A program made the translations under genes and the position numbers. Shown piece after piece: positions 45,412 to 54,658 of a stretch of 57,837 nucleotides of DNA; positions within the stretch are counted from its first letter, which is position 1; every line of letters begins with the position of its first letter. The stretch is from IMG/VR virus record IMGVR_UViG_3300042923_000257, positions 1 through 57,837 of that record, one strand, 5' to 3'. The DNA comes from a virus (lineage: Duplodnaviria > Caudoviricetes). Under the pieces are notes generated by a model that had not been told where the DNA came from, made no database searches, and was given only the letters and a program-made list of their open reading frames with translations.

Positions 45412-45464
45412 TCAGGGGGCCGGTAATCCGGCCGGCCCCCTTTGCCCTTCGGCATTGGAGTCAT

Positions 45465-46037
45465 ATGGACGTGAAGGCTGCAAAGGTTCTCGTAGCGGGT
45501 GTGGGAACTGTTCTCGCCGGGAGCGTGGTTGCACACGGGTTACTGGAGATGAACGGCCCTGAGATCCGACACGTAAGTACCCCTGGCCCTACGGTTACTG
45601 AGACTCAGATTCAGATTCGGGATGGAAAGATCCCGGTTCCTGGTCCAACGGTGACTAAGAAGGTCGTTGAGACCAAGACAGTTCGTCCCAAGGTTCCCGA
45701 GCACGTCACCCGCTCCAACGAGCGGAAGAAGCCCAAGACTTCCTCGGTACCGCGGGCAGGCGCCAGGGCAGCAGCTCAGTCCATCTTCGGTTCGCAGTTC
45801 TCGTGCATCGACGCACTGATTACCCGAGAGTCCGGGTGGCGAGTGAACGCCACCAACCCTTCGTCTGGGGCCTACGGACTTCCCCAGGCTCTTCCCGGTT
45901 CCAAGATGGCGTCTGCCGGCGCCGACTGGCGAACCAACCCGGTTACGCAGCTCCGTTGGATGAAGTCGTACGTCGATGGTCGATACGGCGGGGCTTGTGG
46001 CGCCTGGAACTTTTGGCAGTCCCACCACTGGTACTGA
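45465..46037 (+). CDS. Secreted/anchored lytic transglycosylase (SLT); TTA codon at 45540
   Basis: N-terminal TM; RESGW...ATNPSSGAYGLPQALP..KM, NP.TQ..W...Y...RYG. Confidence 0.88.
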   Translation: MDVKAAKVLVAGVGTVLAGSVVAHGLLEMNGPEIRHVSTPGPTVTETQIQIRDGKIPVPGPTVTKKVVETKTVRPKVPEHVTRSNERKKPKTSSVPRAGARAAAQSIFGSQFSCIDALITRESGWRVNATNPSSGAYGLPQALPGSKMASAGADWRTNPVTQLRWMKSYVDGRYGGACGAWNFWQSHHWY

Positions 46038-46046
46038 GGAGACCTC

Positions 46047-46760
46047 TTGTTTGATAGCACCTTCCGGTCTGACATGACTGTGGACCTGATCAAGCATGCT
46101 GCGGAAGACACTGACGTTACCTTCGCTGCCCGGGTCTCGACTCAGGGTGGGGAGTCCCGGTTCAACGAGGCATCTGAGAAGGACGCCGGCCTCATCAACT
46201 ACCTGATGCGGGATCGACATGGTAGTCCCTTCGAGCACACGTCGATGACCTTCTACATCGAAGCTCCGATCTTCGTTGCTCGGGAGTTCTTCCGTCATCG
46301 GGTGGGCTGGTCCTACAACGAGGAGTCCGGTCGCTACAAGGAGCTTCAGCCGGTCTTCTACATCCCCGGCAAGGAACGCAACCTTGTCCAGGTTGGGAAG
46401 CCCGGTGCCTACACCTTCGAGCCGGGGACTGGCGATCAGTACGTCCTCATGACGTCGGACATGAGGCATGCCTACATAGAGGCGTACGAGTCCTACAAGC
46501 AGATGCTTAAGGACGGAATCGCCCGAGAAGTAGCCCGCATGGTCCTTCCTGTTGGTATCTACACCTCGTTCTACGCCACCTGTAACGCTCGGTCTCTTAT
46601 GCACTTCCTGGGTCTCCGAACCGCGGATCCCGAGAGCAGGTTTCCAAGCTTCCCTCAGCGCGAGATCGAGATGGTTGCTGAGGAGATGGAGAAGGTCTTC
46701 GCCGGCCTGATGCCGGTCACCTACGGAGCCTTCCAGAAGAACGGCAGGGTAGCCCCGTGA
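46047..46760 (+). CDS. thyX: FAD-dependent thymidylate synthase
   Basis: AARVS, H.SPFEH, RHR..SYNEESGRY, E.AR.VLP, N.RSL..FL.LR. Confidence 0.95.
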   Translation: MFDSTFRSDMTVDLIKHAAEDTDVTFAARVSTQGGESRFNEASEKDAGLINYLMRDRHGSPFEHTSMTFYIEAPIFVAREFFRHRVGWSYNEESGRYKELQPVFYIPGKERNLVQVGKPGAYTFEPGTGDQYVLMTSDMRHAYIEAYESYKQMLKDGIAREVARMVLPVGIYTSFYATCNARSLMHFLGLRTADPESRFPSFPQREIEMVAEEMEKVFAGLMPVTYGAFQKNGRVAP

Positions 46761-46840
46761 ACTGTCCGGGGCACTGCTTCATCTCCGTTTGGATCGCAGG
46801 CAAGTACGTCCTGAAGTGCATCAACTGTGAGGAGATCCGA

Positions 46841-47012
46841 TGAGTGAGCTGAAGCCCGGAGACAAGATCCGGATTCTTGAGGATCGGCTTGAGGATGCAA
46901 ATGTCGAAGCTGGAGATATTCTCACGGTGAATTGGGTTTATGCAGGTACGTTCACCGCCAATCGTTGGTATTTCGGCATGGAGTTCGAGGGCACGGGGTG
47001 GGAGCGCTATGA
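46841..47012 (+). CDS. Small SH3-like hypothetical protein
   Basis: MSELKPGDKIRIL; GAGGAG RBS; boundaries approximate. Confidence 0.5.
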
Positions 47013-47176
47013 GGCGTAATCGCAATGACGAGCTGGTTGTTGGGATCCTGATGGCCCTCATCCTGGTGGGCATCCTGAGTTTCGGAATCTGGTCCCGAGT
47101 CAGTGGACCTTGTTGGATGTGGAACTGGGCTCCTGCAAAGGACATCCCGGGTCGCTGCATTATGGGGGACAAGTGA
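47009..47176 (+). CDS. Small membrane protein
   Basis: Single TM helix; coupled. Confidence 0.6.
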   Translation: MRRNRNDELVVGILMALILVGILSFGIWSRVSGPCWMWNWAPAKDIPGRCIMGDK

Positions 47177-47358
47177 ACTACGCGGAAGAGTACGAACTTC
47201 GTTGGAAGGGTGCAGCAGGAGGCTGGAAGCTGCTTAACACCTTCGAAACCGAAACTGAAGCCGTTGAGGCGATGAATGAAGATGTCAGGGATGTATCCGG
47301 CTCCTGGCGGGTGGTTCGAGTCTCTGAAGTAACTGTGGCGAGTGTCGCCAAGGCGTAA
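47173..47358 (+). CDS. Hypothetical protein
   Basis: GTGA overlap. Confidence 0.55.
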   Translation: MNYAEEYELRWKGAAGGWKLLNTFETETEAVEAMNEDVRDVSGSWRVVRVSEVTVASVAKA

Positions 47359-47382
47359 GTCAACTCAACAGGGGAGGTCACT

Positions 47383-49392
47383 TTGAAGGTTCTCGAAGCT
47401 GATGTGCAGGGTCCGGTTCGGATCTATGTGGTTGAAACCGCGGGTGACCTCCCCGCCTTCTATTCCTTCGTAGAAGCTAACCAGGACTTCCTTGGGTTCG
47501 ACACTGAGACGACTGGTGGCTTCAACTGGTGGGATGCGCCAGACAACTACGGTTGCCGGCTGGCTCAGTTCGGTAACTGGGACACGGCCTTCATTCTCCC
47601 CGTTGAGTTCGGAGGTCCTTTTGTCCAGGCCATGAAGTGGGCACTGGACAAGGTCAAGCGCCTGTCGGCTCAGAATCGCGGGTTCGACTTCCACGTCATT
47701 GAGTCTTGCTTCGGTGTCGACCCCTTCCCCCTGATCCAGAAGACCTGGGACACCAAGATCCTCGCTCACCTCGTTGATGGACGGGCGGTCAAGGAAGGTG
47801 GCGTAGGACTCAAGCTCGAAGAGCTGGTCAAGCACTACGTTGACCCTGGCCTTGGGGCTCGGATCAAGGGCTCTATGAACGAGATTGCTCAGGACATGAA
47901 CCGGCAAAAGGAGGTCGTGGGCTTCAAGGCCCGGGACAAGGACAAGGTCACCCATGAGTTCCGGTTCTCGGACCGTCCAGGGCTGACCAAGGAGGAGCTG
48001 AAGGCCGAAGGCTACTCCTACATCCGGGAGTTCAAGGAAGGCATCTACGGCAAGGTCACCAAGGACAACGTGTGGGCGAAGGTGCCTCTCTTCCACGAGG
48101 GATACAACCTCTACGCCGGCATGGACCCGATCTTCGCGTATCGGCTGGTCAAGATCCTGTTCCCGCTCATCCCGCGGAAGTCTCTGGGATACGGCCTCAT
48201 CGGCTGGGAGCACCGACTTCACTGGATTACATACCAGATGGAGCGGACTGGTTACCTCGTTGATGAGGAGTACACCCGGCTTCGGATTGAGGAGCTGGTA
48301 GAGGAAGAGGAGAAGTGGAAGGCGGTTGCTGCTGAGTGGGGTGTGAGCCTAATCGGCTCTTCCGCTCAGATCATTGAGGCTCTGACCAAGCTCGGTTTCA
48401 AGCTGACCAAGAGAACGAAGCCGAGCAAGGAACACCCCAATGGGCAGATCTCGACTGATGACTCTGTTCTCCAGTCTATTGACCATCCTCTGACTGAGGC
48501 CATTCTCAAGGCCAAGAGTGCTTCCAAAAAGCGTTCTACGTGGTTCGAGGCGGCCTACAACAACCGGGACAGAGAAGGGCGCGTCCACCCGTCTATCAAC
48601 TCGCTACAGGCCCGTACAGGCCGCATGAGCATCACCGGAGCCATTGCAGCTCAGACCCTACCGTCTGGTACCGGCTATGTACGTCACTGCTTCTTGGCTG
48701 AGCCTGGGCATGTCTCGGCTACGGTCGACTTCAGTTCCATGGAGCTGATGTTCCTGGCCGCGGAGAGCGGCGATCGACGGATGCTCAAGGCGTATAAGGA
48801 AGGGGAAGACCTCCACAACATCACCGCGGCTGGTGCTTTTGGTCCTATGGGGTGGGATCCCACTAGTGGGGAGAATCACCCCAAGCGCAAGGCAGGTAAG
48901 GGCACCAACTATACCGTCTGTTTCGGAGGCGGCTGGAATGCCGTCTCTACTCAGTGGGACATCCCGGAAGAGGATGCCAAGAAGGCTGTCAAAGGCTTCT
49001 GGGACACCTTCCCGGCTACCAAGAAGCTCTCTAACAAGTTCAGTGACGAAGCTCGACAGAACGGCTTTATCTACACCGCAACTGGCCGACGGATCCTGAC
49101 TGACGAGAAGCGTCCATATGCCGGCATGAACTACCGGATTCAAGGAACTTGCCGGGACATTACGGTTCGGGCCCTGGTGGAGCTGGACAAGGCAGGTTTC
49201 ACACCCTTTATGCGTCTTCCGGTGCACGATGAAGTGGTCTTCAGCTTCCCCAAGGAGCGAGCGGTAGAGCTGGCAAAGAAGGCCGCACAGATCATGGCCT
49301 TTACGTACAAGGGTCTTACGATCCCCGCGGACTACGAAATTGGTGACAGGTCATGGGGCAGTTGCCTCGATAAGGAGGACTCGAAACACTGA
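47383..49392 (+). CDS. polA: DNA polymerase I (family A) with 3'-5' exonuclease
   Basis: DTETTG exo I, YAGMD exo III, TGRMS, DFS..EL (A), R...K..NY...FG (B), VHDE (C). Confidence 0.95.
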   Translation: MKVLEADVQGPVRIYVVETAGDLPAFYSFVEANQDFLGFDTETTGGFNWWDAPDNYGCRLAQFGNWDTAFILPVEFGGPFVQAMKWALDKVKRLSAQNRGFDFHVIESCFGVDPFPLIQKTWDTKILAHLVDGRAVKEGGVGLKLEELVKHYVDPGLGARIKGSMNEIAQDMNRQKEVVGFKARDKDKVTHEFRFSDRPGLTKEELKAEGYSYIREFKEGIYGKVTKDNVWAKVPLFHEGYNLYAGMDPIFAYRLVKILFPLIPRKSLGYGLIGWEHRLHWITYQMERTGYLVDEEYTRLRIEELVEEEEKWKAVAAEWGVSLIGSSAQIIEALTKLGFKLTKRTKPSKEHPNGQISTDDSVLQSIDHPLTEAILKAKSASKKRSTWFEAAYNNRDREGRVHPSINSLQARTGRMSITGAIAAQTLPSGTGYVRHCFLAEPGHVSATVDFSSMELMFLAAESGDRRMLKAYKEGEDLHNITAAGAFGPMGWDPTSGENHPKRKAGKGTNYTVCFGGGWNAVSTQWDIPEEDAKKAVKGFWDTFPATKKLSNKFSDEARQNGFIYTATGRRILTDEKRPYAGMNYRIQGTCRDITVRALVELDKAGFTPFMRLPVHDEVVFSFPKERAVELAKKAAQIMAFTYKGLTIPADYEIGDRSWGSCLDKEDSKH

Positions 49393-49725
49393 TGGCCAAG
49401 AAAAAGATTGCTCACGAAGTCAAGTATGAGCTGGTTGTTACTGAGTCAGAGCTGATGTTGATTCGCAGGGCGCTTCACCTGGTGAACAACTTCGGAGACG
49501 CGGAAGACTGGGATCCCGCTATCCAGCTCCTCAACGACCTCAGCGAGGAGGACTGATGGACGACTACACCACTGAGGAAATCTCCGTCCTCTTTGATGCT
49601 CTGGACGAGCACTTGGGCAAGCTTAAGCACTATCCGCAACAGTTCACGCCGGCTGAGGCGGATGCGCTCGAAGGGCTGCACGAGGCATTCCATCTGGAAG
49701 CCCAGTACCGGGGGATCATTTACTG

Positions 49726-49965
49726 ATGGACGAGGAAGAGTCCATAGTCATCACCCTCACTGACGAGGACATGGGAAGGGAGTACGCCCGTCTAATGGAC
49801 GGGCTTCCCTATGAGACTCCTGGACAGCTTCGGGACGCTGTGTTCAACGGGGGAGAGTTCTGTCACCCCAACTGCTTTGACTGGGATCACCCTCATGGGG
49901 ATGCCTGGCAAGGCATGCAGAACTGGCTATTTCTGATGGGCCTTGACTGGCGAGAGGTGAAGTGA
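49726..49965 (+). CDS. Hypothetical protein
   Basis: TGATG coupling. Confidence 0.6.
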   Translation: MDEEESIVITLTDEDMGREYARLMDGLPYETPGQLRDAVFNGGEFCHPNCFDWDHPHGDAWQGMQNWLFLMGLDWREVK

Positions 49966-50216
49966 TGGACAAGAACGAGGATAACTACAACAAGGAGTTC
50001 GAGGCTCTGACCGAGAACATGGAGTACGAGAAGCAGCTTGACGCCCTTGCACACCGTGCCCACCTCGCTCAGGTCATCTCTATGCACTCGGCTGAGATCT
50101 ACAAGGCTGCCCGTGAGGCCGGCCTTCCCCGGGACACCGCGGGACAGATGGCCCGGGACTACTTCCTGTTCGAGATCACGCCTTCCAGCATTTACATGAT
50201 TGAGGGGGAGGGATGA
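49962..50216 (+). CDS. Hypothetical protein
   Basis: GAGG RBS, overlap. Confidence 0.65.
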   Translation: MMDKNEDNYNKEFEALTENMEYEKQLDALAHRAHLAQVISMHSAEIYKAAREAGLPRDTAGQMARDYFLFEITPSSIYMIEGEG

Positions 50217-50355
50217 GCGAAGCCATGGAGAAGTACTGGAAGGCCAAGGCCGAAAGGCTTCAGGCTCAGATCGACCTCATTGGTAAGGCGTACTGCGAAG
50301 CGCCTACGGACCACGACTTTGCTGAGACGGTGTATCGAATCCTTGGGGGAGAAGA

Positions 50356-50583
50356 GTGAGCGACGACTACGAGTTCTGGCTTGTTGAGCAGTTCGTAGAC
50401 CTCGGCAACGAGTCCTTCTGGCACGAGAAGGCCAGTCTTCTTCGGAGGAAGTTCCAGAGTGAGGCGGGCATGCTGGAAAGCGCTCATCTCGTAGGTAAGC
50501 GAGACGTCACCAAGCACGGAGGCCGTTACCGGATTCGCGTTGTCCGTGAGGAGACGGTGTTCGACTCTGGGGAGGGCGAGTGA
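50356..50583 (+). CDS. Hypothetical protein
   Basis: GTGA overlaps. Confidence 0.6.
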   Translation: MSDDYEFWLVEQFVDLGNESFWHEKASLLRRKFQSEAGMLESAHLVGKRDVTKHGGRYRIRVVREETVFDSGEGE

Positions 50584-50963
50584 TTACCAAGCAAGAGGCC
50601 GCGGATCTCGAAGAGATCCGCCGGCTGCTGGACGAGGCGTATGACCACTACTTCGCCAACTCCGATGGCCACTGCAAGTCCTCTGAGGGACACATTGCCC
50701 TCAACTACTCGAACTACTTCGAGCGCAAGGACGGTGCAGGTCTCGAAGTCAAGTCGGTAGAGATCTACTCCTACGTCTTCGGTCCCAACCGAAACCACTT
50801 CTTCAAGTCCACTGCTGAGGCCCTGGAGGCTGTGAAGCAGTGGCATGAGAGGGAGATGCAGGAGGACTACTCGGACAATGAAGAGGTGTGGATCTCTGCA
50901 TCTGAGTCCATGCCGATCGGATGGGATCTGGACCCACAGCACGAATGGGTTCACTGGCAGTAG
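50580..50963 (+). CDS. Hypothetical protein
   Basis: 127 aa, GGAGG RBS. Confidence 0.7.
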   Translation: MITKQEAADLEEIRRLLDEAYDHYFANSDGHCKSSEGHIALNYSNYFERKDGAGLEVKSVEIYSYVFGPNRNHFFKSTAEALEAVKQWHEREMQEDYSDNEEVWISASESMPIGWDLDPQHEWVHWQ

Positions 50964-50971
50964 GAGGATTG

Positions 50972-51379
50972 GTGACCAATGTACGACCAGACTGGACGAC
51001 CTATTTCCTGGGAATCGCTGACGCGGTGGCAGCAAGAGGTGATTGTATCCGCTGCCGGGTTGGCGCCGTCCTCGTGGGACAGGATCTTCGGATTCGCTCC
51101 ACCGGCTACAACGGATCGTATCCGGGAGGGCCGTCTTGCAGCCGTGGTGAATGCCCGCGGTGTGCGTCTGAAGTCCCGTCCGGTTCGGGTTATGAGGACT
51201 GTATTGAAGTCCATGCCGAGGCAAACGCTCTCCTATACGCGTCCTGGGAGGATTGCCAGGGCTCAACGCTCTATGTGACCCGAAAGCCCTGTAAGGACTG
51301 CTCAAAGTTGATTCGAGCCTCAGGCGTTGTGAAGGTCGTCTGGGCTGACGGACTAGGGATTCACAAGGTGATCCTCTGA
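50972..51379 (+). CDS. dCMP deaminase
   Basis: RPDW..YF, VGAV.V, TGYNG, HAEANA, PCKDC. Confidence 0.92.
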   Translation: MTNVRPDWTTYFLGIADAVAARGDCIRCRVGAVLVGQDLRIRSTGYNGSYPGGPSCSRGECPRCASEVPSGSGYEDCIEVHAEANALLYASWEDCQGSTLYVTRKPCKDCSKLIRASGVVKVVWADGLGIHKVIL

Positions 51380-51834
51380 TGGTATTCACAGTCGTTGTGA
51401 CCGGTAGCCGGCACTTGGAAGACGAACAGAAGGTCTTTGACTACTTGAGTGACCTGAAAGCAGAGCTTGGGTACGAGCCTCTGTTTGTCCGTCACGGGGA
51501 CTGCCCTACTGGGGCAGACAGGTTTGCAAGTATTTGGTGCTCTGACTTCTATGGGCCCGAAGACGGGGTTTACGAGATCAAGCACCCCGCGGATTGGGAC
51601 AACTGTACTTCCAATTGCCTTCCTGGGCATCGGCGGCGTAAGCAGCCTGGTGACACGGTCTATCCGGGTCTACTAGAAACCTACTGCCCGAAGGCCGGCC
51701 CACGCCGAAACCGGGAGATGGCTCAGGCCGGCGCGGATCTCTGCTTGGCCTTCCCTCTCGGCAAGTCCTACGGGACTTGGAACTGTGTCAACGAGTGCAA
51801 GAAGGCAGGTATCCCGGTGAAGGTGATCGAGTGA
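51379..51834 (+). CDS. SLOG/DUF2493 (YspA-like) protein
   Basis: VTGSR, HG.CPTGAD, PADW, AGP.RN..M, LAFP...GT. Confidence 0.85.
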   Translation: MVFTVVVTGSRHLEDEQKVFDYLSDLKAELGYEPLFVRHGDCPTGADRFASIWCSDFYGPEDGVYEIKHPADWDNCTSNCLPGHRRRKQPGDTVYPGLLETYCPKAGPRRNREMAQAGADLCLAFPLGKSYGTWNCVNECKKAGIPVKVIE

Positions 51835-52109
51835 GGTTCGGAAGCCTGGAGTACTACCAGGAGAATGCGGACTACTGGCACAAGCAGTATCAGGAGGCTG
51901 ACCGCAGAGCCAATACCGCGGTAGCCGAAGCCAAGAAGTCCAAGGAACGGCTCCTCACCTCCATCCGGATGATGCAGACGGTCAAGGCTGAGCGGGACCA
52001 GTTTGAGGACATGCTTCACCGGATCGGCAAGCTCTACTCCTACGCCCGCGATGCCGATGAGTTCACTGAGCACGTCTACACGATTTTGGAGGATCGAAAC
52101 CGTGAATAG
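51831..52109 (+). CDS. Hypothetical coiled-coil protein
   Basis: GTGA overlap. Confidence 0.6.
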   Translation: MRFGSLEYYQENADYWHKQYQEADRRANTAVAEAKKSKERLLTSIRMMQTVKAERDQFEDMLHRIGKLYSYARDADEFTEHVYTILEDRNRE

Positions 52110-52416
52110 AAACGAACGAATTGAGTCGTACTACCAGCAGAGTGCCTGGGAGCTGGCAGAGCGGATCGTAGACCTCGAAGATTCCTTGGCTCTCTACAAG
52201 GCAAACCAGAAGATTCTCTCTGATGCGAACCTTCGGATTCAGAATCAGGGTCTTGACCCGGAGCGAGTTGAGTCGGCTCTTCGAATGTACGTAGCCGAGC
52301 TGGACTACGACATTCACAAGTACATCGAGTCCCCCGAGGACGGGGGACCGGACAGGTACCCGGAAGAGGCTGATTACTTCCTTCGGTGCTGGCACACGGC
52401 AGGGGAGGGTGTGTGA
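52102..52416 (+). CDS. Hypothetical protein
   Basis: GGAGG RBS plus GTG. Confidence 0.65.
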   Translation: MNRNERIESYYQQSAWELAERIVDLEDSLALYKANQKILSDANLRIQNQGLDPERVESALRMYVAELDYDIHKYIESPEDGGPDRYPEEADYFLRCWHTAGEGV

Positions 52417-52517
52417 CCCAAGAGGAGTGGCTTGAACTTTGGTTGCCTAAAGCCCCTGTGATTGCTGAAGAAACGCTAGACAAGATCCTGGACCTGTACG
52501 AACTCGAACGAGGCTAG
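52413..52517 (+). CDS. 34-aa micro-protein, candidate recombination directionality factor (paralogue of 54195)
   Basis: GGAGG RBS; MTQEEWLELWLPKAPVIAEETLDKILD. Confidence 0.55.
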   Translation: MTQEEWLELWLPKAPVIAEETLDKILDLYELERG

Positions 52518-52526
52518 ACAAGACTG

Positions 52527-52562
52527 AGCCCCCTCCTGGCGATTGCCGGGAGGGGGTTCTTT
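52527..52562. terminator. Terminator between the early arm and the integrase
   Basis: CCCCCTCCTGGC-GATT-GCCGGGAGGGGG-TTCTTT. Confidence 0.75.
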
Positions 52563-52568
52563 GTCGTC

Positions 52569-54065
52569 TCAGGCAGCCTCGGTGAAGACAGGCTCTACCC
52601 GGGCAGCATCGAAGTTGGCTCCCCGGCTCTTGGCCGGGTGGATCAGGACCGCGGTGAGCACCGACCTGACCACCTCGCGCTGACGCTCCAGAGACAGCCC
52701 CTGCCATCCCTTCCGGATGACGTCCTCTTGGACGGGAGCCTGAGTCTCTGCCAGATGTAGGGCCCTCTCAGCCTTCAGCCTGTCTCGGTCAGACTCCAGG
52801 TCTTCCAGGGTGGCTACGTAGATGCTGGCTCGGATCTCCCGCTTCTCCCACTTCTGCTGGAGATCCTTGATCTCCTGCTGAACCTCGTCAAGCTCTGCCT
52901 GTTTGGTCCACTCGGTGTCCTTCTTGACCTCCAGGCCGACCAGAGACCTTTCCACCGTGGCCCAGACGAGCTGACGGACCATCTTGTCTACTGGGGGACC
53001 AGTGATCTGCATACGCCCGCACTCGTCCGCCTGCCTCTTCTGGCAGGAGTAGGCGTAGGTGTCCGTCTTCTCGCCCTTCTGCCAGACCGGGGCCCCATGC
53101 ATCCGGGATCCACAACGGCCACACCGAGCGATGCCGGACAGGAGGTACTTCGTGGTGATGTCCGGCTTCGTCTTCTTCTGCCGACTGGCAATCTTGGCCA
53201 TGAGGGCTTCCCACTCGTCCACCGTGACGATGGGGGGCCAGTCACCCATGACGTAGTTGCCGTCCTTGTCCCTCATGGGCTCACCCTGGAACTTCAGGAT
53301 GCCGGCGTTACGGCAGCGCATGAGGACGCGACGGAAGTGCTCCCGGGAGAAGGGCTTACCCGTGCTGGGGTTGATGAGGTTCTCCTCAGCGAACCTCTCT
53401 AGGATTGTGGGGATGCGGTCACCTTGGATGAACCACTTGGTGCCACGGCGGATCATGTCCGCGGCCACGGGGTCCAGCTTCAGGCGGTCCTCAGGATCCC
53501 AGCCGAAGGCCGGCGTCCCTCCGTGGAACTCCCCCTTCTCCGCCATGCGCTTGGCCTCACGCCTGATCCGGCGTCTGGTGTCCTCAGAAGACTTGTTGGC
53601 GATGGAGACGAAGAGCCGAGCAGAGAAGCGGCCATCCGGGGTGTTCAGATCGAAGTTCTGGCCGGACAGGCCATCGAAGATCAGGTACCGGCCCTTCTCG
53701 TTGGCTCCCTCGTAGATGTCGATAGTTCGCTCAAGGTCCCGCGGTTGGCGGGTGTAGCGGTCGATGTCGTAGTAGAGGATGCCGTCCAGGGCCCCAGGCT
53801 TGGGGAGATCCTTCAGGAGCTGTTCGAAGCGCTTGCGCTTCACGCTCCGACTGAAGGCGGAGAGGTTGTTGTCCTCGTACCAGACGATCTCGCCGGGGGA
53901 GTAGCCGTGTCTCTCAGCAAGGGCTACGACGTCATCCTTCTGCTTCAGGACGCCCTTCCGTTCCCGCTCCTGGCCTTCCTCCTTGGTGATGTCTCCGTTC
54001 CTGACAGCACGTCGGATCTCGGCTAGGTCGGCATCGGAGATGCGCAGGTACCCTGCAATGGGCAC
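52569..54065 (-). CDS. int: Large serine integrase
   Basis: YLRIS catalytic motif, D...SA...R..FE.LL, DR..R, recombinase domain, LLSG...CG.CG Zn ribbon, coiled coil. Confidence 0.95.
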   Translation of the reverse strand: MPIAGYLRISDADLAEIRRAVRNGDITKEEGQERERKGVLKQKDDVVALAERHGYSPGEIVWYEDNNLSAFSRSVKRKRFEQLLKDLPKPGALDGILYYDIDRYTRQPRDLERTIDIYEGANEKGRYLIFDGLSGQNFDLNTPDGRFSARLFVSIANKSSEDTRRRIRREAKRMAEKGEFHGGTPAFGWDPEDRLKLDPVAADMIRRGTKWFIQGDRIPTILERFAEENLINPSTGKPFSREHFRRVLMRCRNAGILKFQGEPMRDKDGNYVMGDWPPIVTVDEWEALMAKIASRQKKTKPDITTKYLLSGIARCGRCGSRMHGAPVWQKGEKTDTYAYSCQKRQADECGRMQITGPPVDKMVRQLVWATVERSLVGLEVKKDTEWTKQAELDEVQQEIKDLQQKWEKREIRASIYVATLEDLESDRDRLKAERALHLAETQAPVQEDVIRKGWQGLSLERQREVVRSVLTAVLIHPAKSRGANFDAARVEPVFTEAA

Positions 54066-54120
54066 GACGAAAACCCCCCAGACACTGGTGACACGGTGGT
54101 CAGATCAGTGTAGCGGGGAG

Positions 54121-54170
54121 TACAGTGTTCTTGGAACTCTTGCATGTGCGGGGGTTCCAGGATCTCCGTA
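54121..54170. other. Predicted attP (50 bp, central TG at 54145-54146)
   Basis: Imperfect inverted repeat with 17/24 symmetric positions, ~55 bp upstream of int. Confidence 0.65.
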
Positions 54171-54194
54171 TACGAGCCGGGAGGCTGACCAGGC

Positions 54195-54308
54195 ATGATG
54201 ACAGCTAGTGAGTGGGTTGATCACTGGACGCAACAGGCTCCCCTCATCCCTCCGGACCGTCTGCGGGATCTGATCGACAGCATCGCAGAGGACGAGGAAG
54301 AGGAGTAG
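54195..54308 (+). CDS. 37-aa micro-protein (paralogue of 52413)
   Basis: GGAGG RBS; MMTASEWVDHWTQQAPLIPPDRLRDLID. Confidence 0.6.
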   Translation: MMTASEWVDHWTQQAPLIPPDRLRDLIDSIAEDEEEE

Positions 54309-54310
54309 CC

Positions 54311-54541
54311 ATGACGGCCCCGAAGCGCGTCACCAAGAACCTGTCCGTCATGAGGACGGACGACCTGGACCGGAACCTGAGGGTCATCCGGGAGACAGGG
54401 AAGGATCAGTCCGAGGCCACCAGGTGGGCTCTGTACGTGGTTGCCAACATCCTTCAGCACGCGTGGCACAACGGTCACGCGGAGCGGGGAGTCATCCCGG
54501 AGATGCGAGTCATCTTCCCCAAGGAGCCGGCTGAGCAGTAG
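54311..54541 (+). CDS. Small putative ribbon-helix-helix DNA-binding protein
   Basis: AGGAG RBS; NLSV..TDDLDRNL.......SEA.R.AL. Confidence 0.6.
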   Translation: MTAPKRVTKNLSVMRTDDLDRNLRVIRETGKDQSEATRWALYVVANILQHAWHNGHAERGVIPEMRVIFPKEPAEQ

Positions 54542-54658
54542 TCAGCACTCTGCGGAGCGTCTCACTGATCATGGATTAGGAGGAAGCCCGAACCATCGGG
54601 TAATGTTCAGGTCGTCGCAAGGAGCCCCGGTGGCAAGACGGGGCTCTGACGAACACCA

